The notes under the pieces are model-generated. The model was not told where the DNA came from, did not search any database, and saw only the letters and a program-made list of their open reading frames with translations. The translations under genes were made by a program, and so were the position numbers. Below are positions 56,443-64,000 of a DNA stretch of 64,000 bases, one piece after another (within the stretch, counting starts at the first letter, position 1; every line of letters begins with the position of its first letter). The DNA comes from Octopus vulgaris. Taxonomy: Eukaryota. Location of the stretch: contig OX597831.1 of NCBI GenBank assembly GCA_951406725.2, forward strand, positions 74,772,001 through 74,836,000. Reading direction: 5' to 3'.

Positions 56443-56445
<3 letters not shown>

Positions 56446-57062
56446 AAAAAAGGTTTGAAAATGCAATTTAAACGATGTTTATTTACTTAACCGGTTTCAC
56501 TCTTTGGTAAAAGATTGTCAAAAGTTACATTTAAGGAAACATTGAATAATATGGGTTCAAAAAAAGTTTTTTACATAATTGTCACATTGAATATTATGCA
56601 TTCAAAAACGCTGTATATATATACCAAAGATTGTATATATATACATGTAATGTGACAATTTGCGACAACCAATAATTAACGCAACCAATTCCCAATAATA
56701 TATTTGTTTTATCCTTTTCTGCCAAATTTTCCCAAATATTCTCATCACACTATTGAACTTCTCTGTTACCAAACACTATATTTATACATGTAATGTGACA
56801 ATTATGTATAAAAAAACATTTTTGAATTCATAATATCCAATGTGACAATTATGTAAAAAACTTTTTTGAATGCATAATATTCAATGTGACAATTATGTAA
56901 AAAACTTTTTTGAACCCATATTATTCAATGTTTCCTTAAATGTAACTTTTGACAATCTTTTACCAAAGAGTGAAACCGGTTAAGTAAATAAACATCGTTT
57001 AAATTGCATTTTCAAACCTTTTTTCTTATATAATCCCACTCGTGCGATACCCCACAACTCAA

Positions 57063-57065
<3 letters not shown>
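56443..57065 (+). mobile_element. Fold-back element (~165-bp arms) carrying the U3-A8 hammerhead-like motif in both arms
   Basis: Arms at 56443-56608 and 56863-57028. Motifs at 56483-56526 (-) and 56945-56986 (+). (TA)n-flanked. Confidence 0.75.
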
Positions 57066-57099
<34 letters not shown>

Positions 57100-57421
57100 C
57101 AAATAAAAGACAGAAGATGGACGATACGAGAATATATTATTAATCACAACAATTGTTTCGACACATCCAGCATCGACTCCTCATCCAGAAAGACGATACA
57201 AAAAATCAAGGACGGGTCATTCGAAGCTTCCTATCCTCAGTCAAGAACCGGATCATCCTCGCAATATACATGCATGTATGTATGTATGTATGTATGTATG
57301 TATGTATGTATGTATGTATGTATGTATGTGTGTGTGTCTCTGTGTGTGCGTAATGTATTGATTCATGATAGAAAATTCAACCAAAAAGTACACCATCTGG
57401 TGAGAGATAGATATTATTTAC

Positions 57422-57598
57422 TAAAGGTAACAATACATGTATTAAAGTGCTACTAACAGTTTCATATGTTGAGAGGACTCAAACATATTCTTCAGGTACA
57501 AATGATATGATGTGTGGTTTGTGCCTGAAGAATATGTTTGAGTTTCTTCGACATATGAAACTATTAGTAGCGCTTTAATACATGTATTGTGACCTTTA
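57422..57598. mobile_element. Fold-back element with two opposed canonical hammerheads (57447-57499 -, 57521-57573 +)
   Basis: GTGC-CTGAAGA-ATATGTT..GACATAT-GAAA-CTA t TAG-TA/GCGC and its inverted partner. Confidence 0.8.
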
Positions 57599-57620
57599 TA
57601 TAAATAATATATATATATAT

Positions 57621-57832
57621 AGTTAATCCAAATATGAAAACACAAAGAGAAAACACAACGCGAGGAATGGAACAAGTATAGTGTTATTGGACGCTCAGGA
57701 AAGGAAAGAAAGAAGGAGGATTTAACGTTTCGAGCGGATCACTTCGTCAGAAACATAGGAAAAGGAAAGATCCAAGGAAGGGAAGACGGAAGAAAAAAAA
57801 TCGCCAACGATACACACGCAGTCACATTTTGA

Positions 57833-57835
<3 letters not shown>
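57621..57835 (-). mobile_element. Hammerhead element family H1 (stem II damaged; motif at 57720-57754)
   Basis: tttaacgtttcgagcggatcacttcgtcagaaac. Confidence 0.75.
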
Positions 57836-57864
<29 letters not shown>

Positions 57865-57868
57865 GTAT

Positions 57869-57905
<37 letters not shown>

Positions 57906-58093
57906 TATAAATGAGGATTTGAGAGGGACTATGGGGAAGGGTGCAAAATATAGGGAACTGTGAAGGATAAGTTGGTATAAAATGGACAAGATTATTCAAA
58001 AACTGATTAATGGTTTTAAATACAGAGGTTGAATAGTGGAATTTAAAAAGTGGTTTAAAAGAAGGATATTTCTCCTCATCTCGTTTGCTAATA

Positions 58094-58137
58094 ACACAAC
58101 ATTTCGGCTGATATACCCTCCAGCCTTCATCGGGTGT
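58094..58137 (-). ncRNA. Type I hammerhead motif (U4C variant)
   Basis: Minus strand reads ACAC-CCGATGA-a-GGCTG gagggtatat CAGCC-GAAA-TG-TT/GTGT. Confidence 0.62.
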
Positions 58138-58190
58138 CTTGGAAAATTTCGAAACTGGGTTCTCATTCTTAAGGTTATTTTTTGCTATTG

Positions 58191-58222
<32 letters not shown>

Positions 58223-58225
<3 letters not shown>

Positions 58226-58832
58226 TAGTTTTATTTTTATTTTTATAGCGTGCTTTCACTTCACTACCGAGCGCAGCTCTGTGTGCCTTGGGTATGTGCT
58301 GTGATTTGTTGTGATGCTCTGATGGTTATTGTATGGAAAGTGTTCTGCGTAGGATGTGGGCAGTGCCTAGTAGTGCAATTTTCTGTATGTTATATGTGTT
58401 TGTAAGTCCTGGTGTTTTTGTTATGTATTTGTCTGAATATTTTTTTATCATGCCTAATGCACCTACTATGATAGGAATTGTTTCTGTTTTCAGATTCCAC
58501 ATTCTAGTTACCTCTATTTCCAGGTCTTTGTATTTTGAGAGTTTCTCCATTTCTTTTAGAGACACGTTGTCATCTGCCGGTATTGATACATCAATTAAAA
58601 AGCATTTTTTTCTTCATGATCTCTGACAACTATATCTGGTCTGTTGGTCTTAATTTCTCTATCTGTGTGTATCGGCATATCCCAGAGTATGGTTGCTTTC
58701 TCGTTTTCTGTGACCTTTTCTGGTGTGTGCCTATACCATCTTTTTTCTGTTGTTATTCCATAATGTTGGCATAGCTTCCAATGTATGTAGGTTCCAACTC
58801 TGTCATGTCTGTGAATATATTCCTTCTTAGCC
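58223..58832 (-). mobile_element. R4/Dong-type LINE 3' fragment (copy A)
   Basis: Near-identical to 40455-41062. (ATT)n on both sides. Confidence 0.9.
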
Positions 58833-58981
<149 letters not shown>

Positions 58982-58983
58982 TT

Positions 58984-63333
<4,350 letters not shown>

Positions 63334-63345
63334 TTATTATTATTA

Positions 63346-63421
<76 letters not shown>

Positions 63422-63432
63422 CATTATTATTA

Positions 63433-63521
63433 TTCAGGTCACTGCTTGGAATCGAACTCGGAATCTTGGGGTTAGTAGCCTGCGCTCTTGCATATGGCAT
63501 ATGGCGTAGTGGTTGAAAGAG
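63433..63521 (-). mobile_element. tRNA-like SINE head with an inverted 5' piece
   Basis: Minus strand aagagcgcaggctactaaccccaagattccGAGTTCGATTCC (B-box). The A-box TGGCGTAGTGGTT lies on the plus strand at 63502-63514. Confidence 0.6.
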
Positions 63522-64000
63522 TTCCCAGTTTTTCACTGGAACCTATTAGTAGGATGAATGAGATGACAGGAAGTAAACCAGTTAATGAGTAAACCATAAG
63601 TTAATGAGTATATTAATGAGTCACGTGATAGATATGTTATAGTTCCAGCAGATGGAGTGACATGGAATTTTGTTACCATTAGTAAAAATGTATTATTTAT
63701 TGGTTTTAGGTTATTAGTTGGGATTAGGTTGTGACTAATTTTAAAGGTAATACTATGTATATGGTTGTACGGAATAAAGCTAACGAAGTAATCAGAAAAT
63801 TAGTACCTCAGGTGGAAAAGGTGAGTGGTTCCAGAGGTGAAGGGAAAGAAAAGGATATCTCCAAGGATTTATATTTAAAAACTTTTTTTTATTTTATTTA
63901 TTTTTTTTTTTATTGGATTCTTAAATTTCACAAGATTCCATATAAAAGTAGACTTATTGCAGAATCTGGAAAATGTACCAAAAAACAGCTATTTCTGTTG

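Noticed and set aside
57145-57190. Minus-strand CTGGATGA...GAAACAATTGTT
   Set aside because: A palindromic stem III is present, but the core has an insertion and stems I and II do not pair convincingly.

Overview
This is AT-rich, microsatellite-saturated eukaryotic non-coding DNA. The SINE families and repeat landscape suggest an octopus/cephalopod genome (inference). I found no host exon, rRNA gene, true tRNA gene or CRISPR array, and most of the ORF track is microsatellite artefact. The window holds about 25 tRNA-derived SINE copies (3 families), three Tc1/mariner relics, Helitron/Helentron-like fragments, RTE and Tx1/L1 fragments, a decayed Penelope-like element (RT C-terminus + GIY-YIG), and several R4/Dong-type RT+RLE LINEs sitting in (TAA)n. 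The most notable signal is a dense set of short non-coding elements, nearly all embedded in (TA)n, that carry type I hammerhead ribozyme motifs (CUGANGA-stem II-GAAA-short, often palindromic stem III-UH-stem I). I count roughly 20 motifs in about 10 unrelated families, arranged as tandem arrays or fold-backs. They include a 560-bp retrozyme-like array whose junctions map to the predicted cleavage site, recurrent core variants (U3-A8, U4C), and a probable tRNA-headed hammerhead SINE split by a 5-kb LINE cluster. All folds were paired by eye, no ribozyme activity has been tested, and coordinates are approximate.
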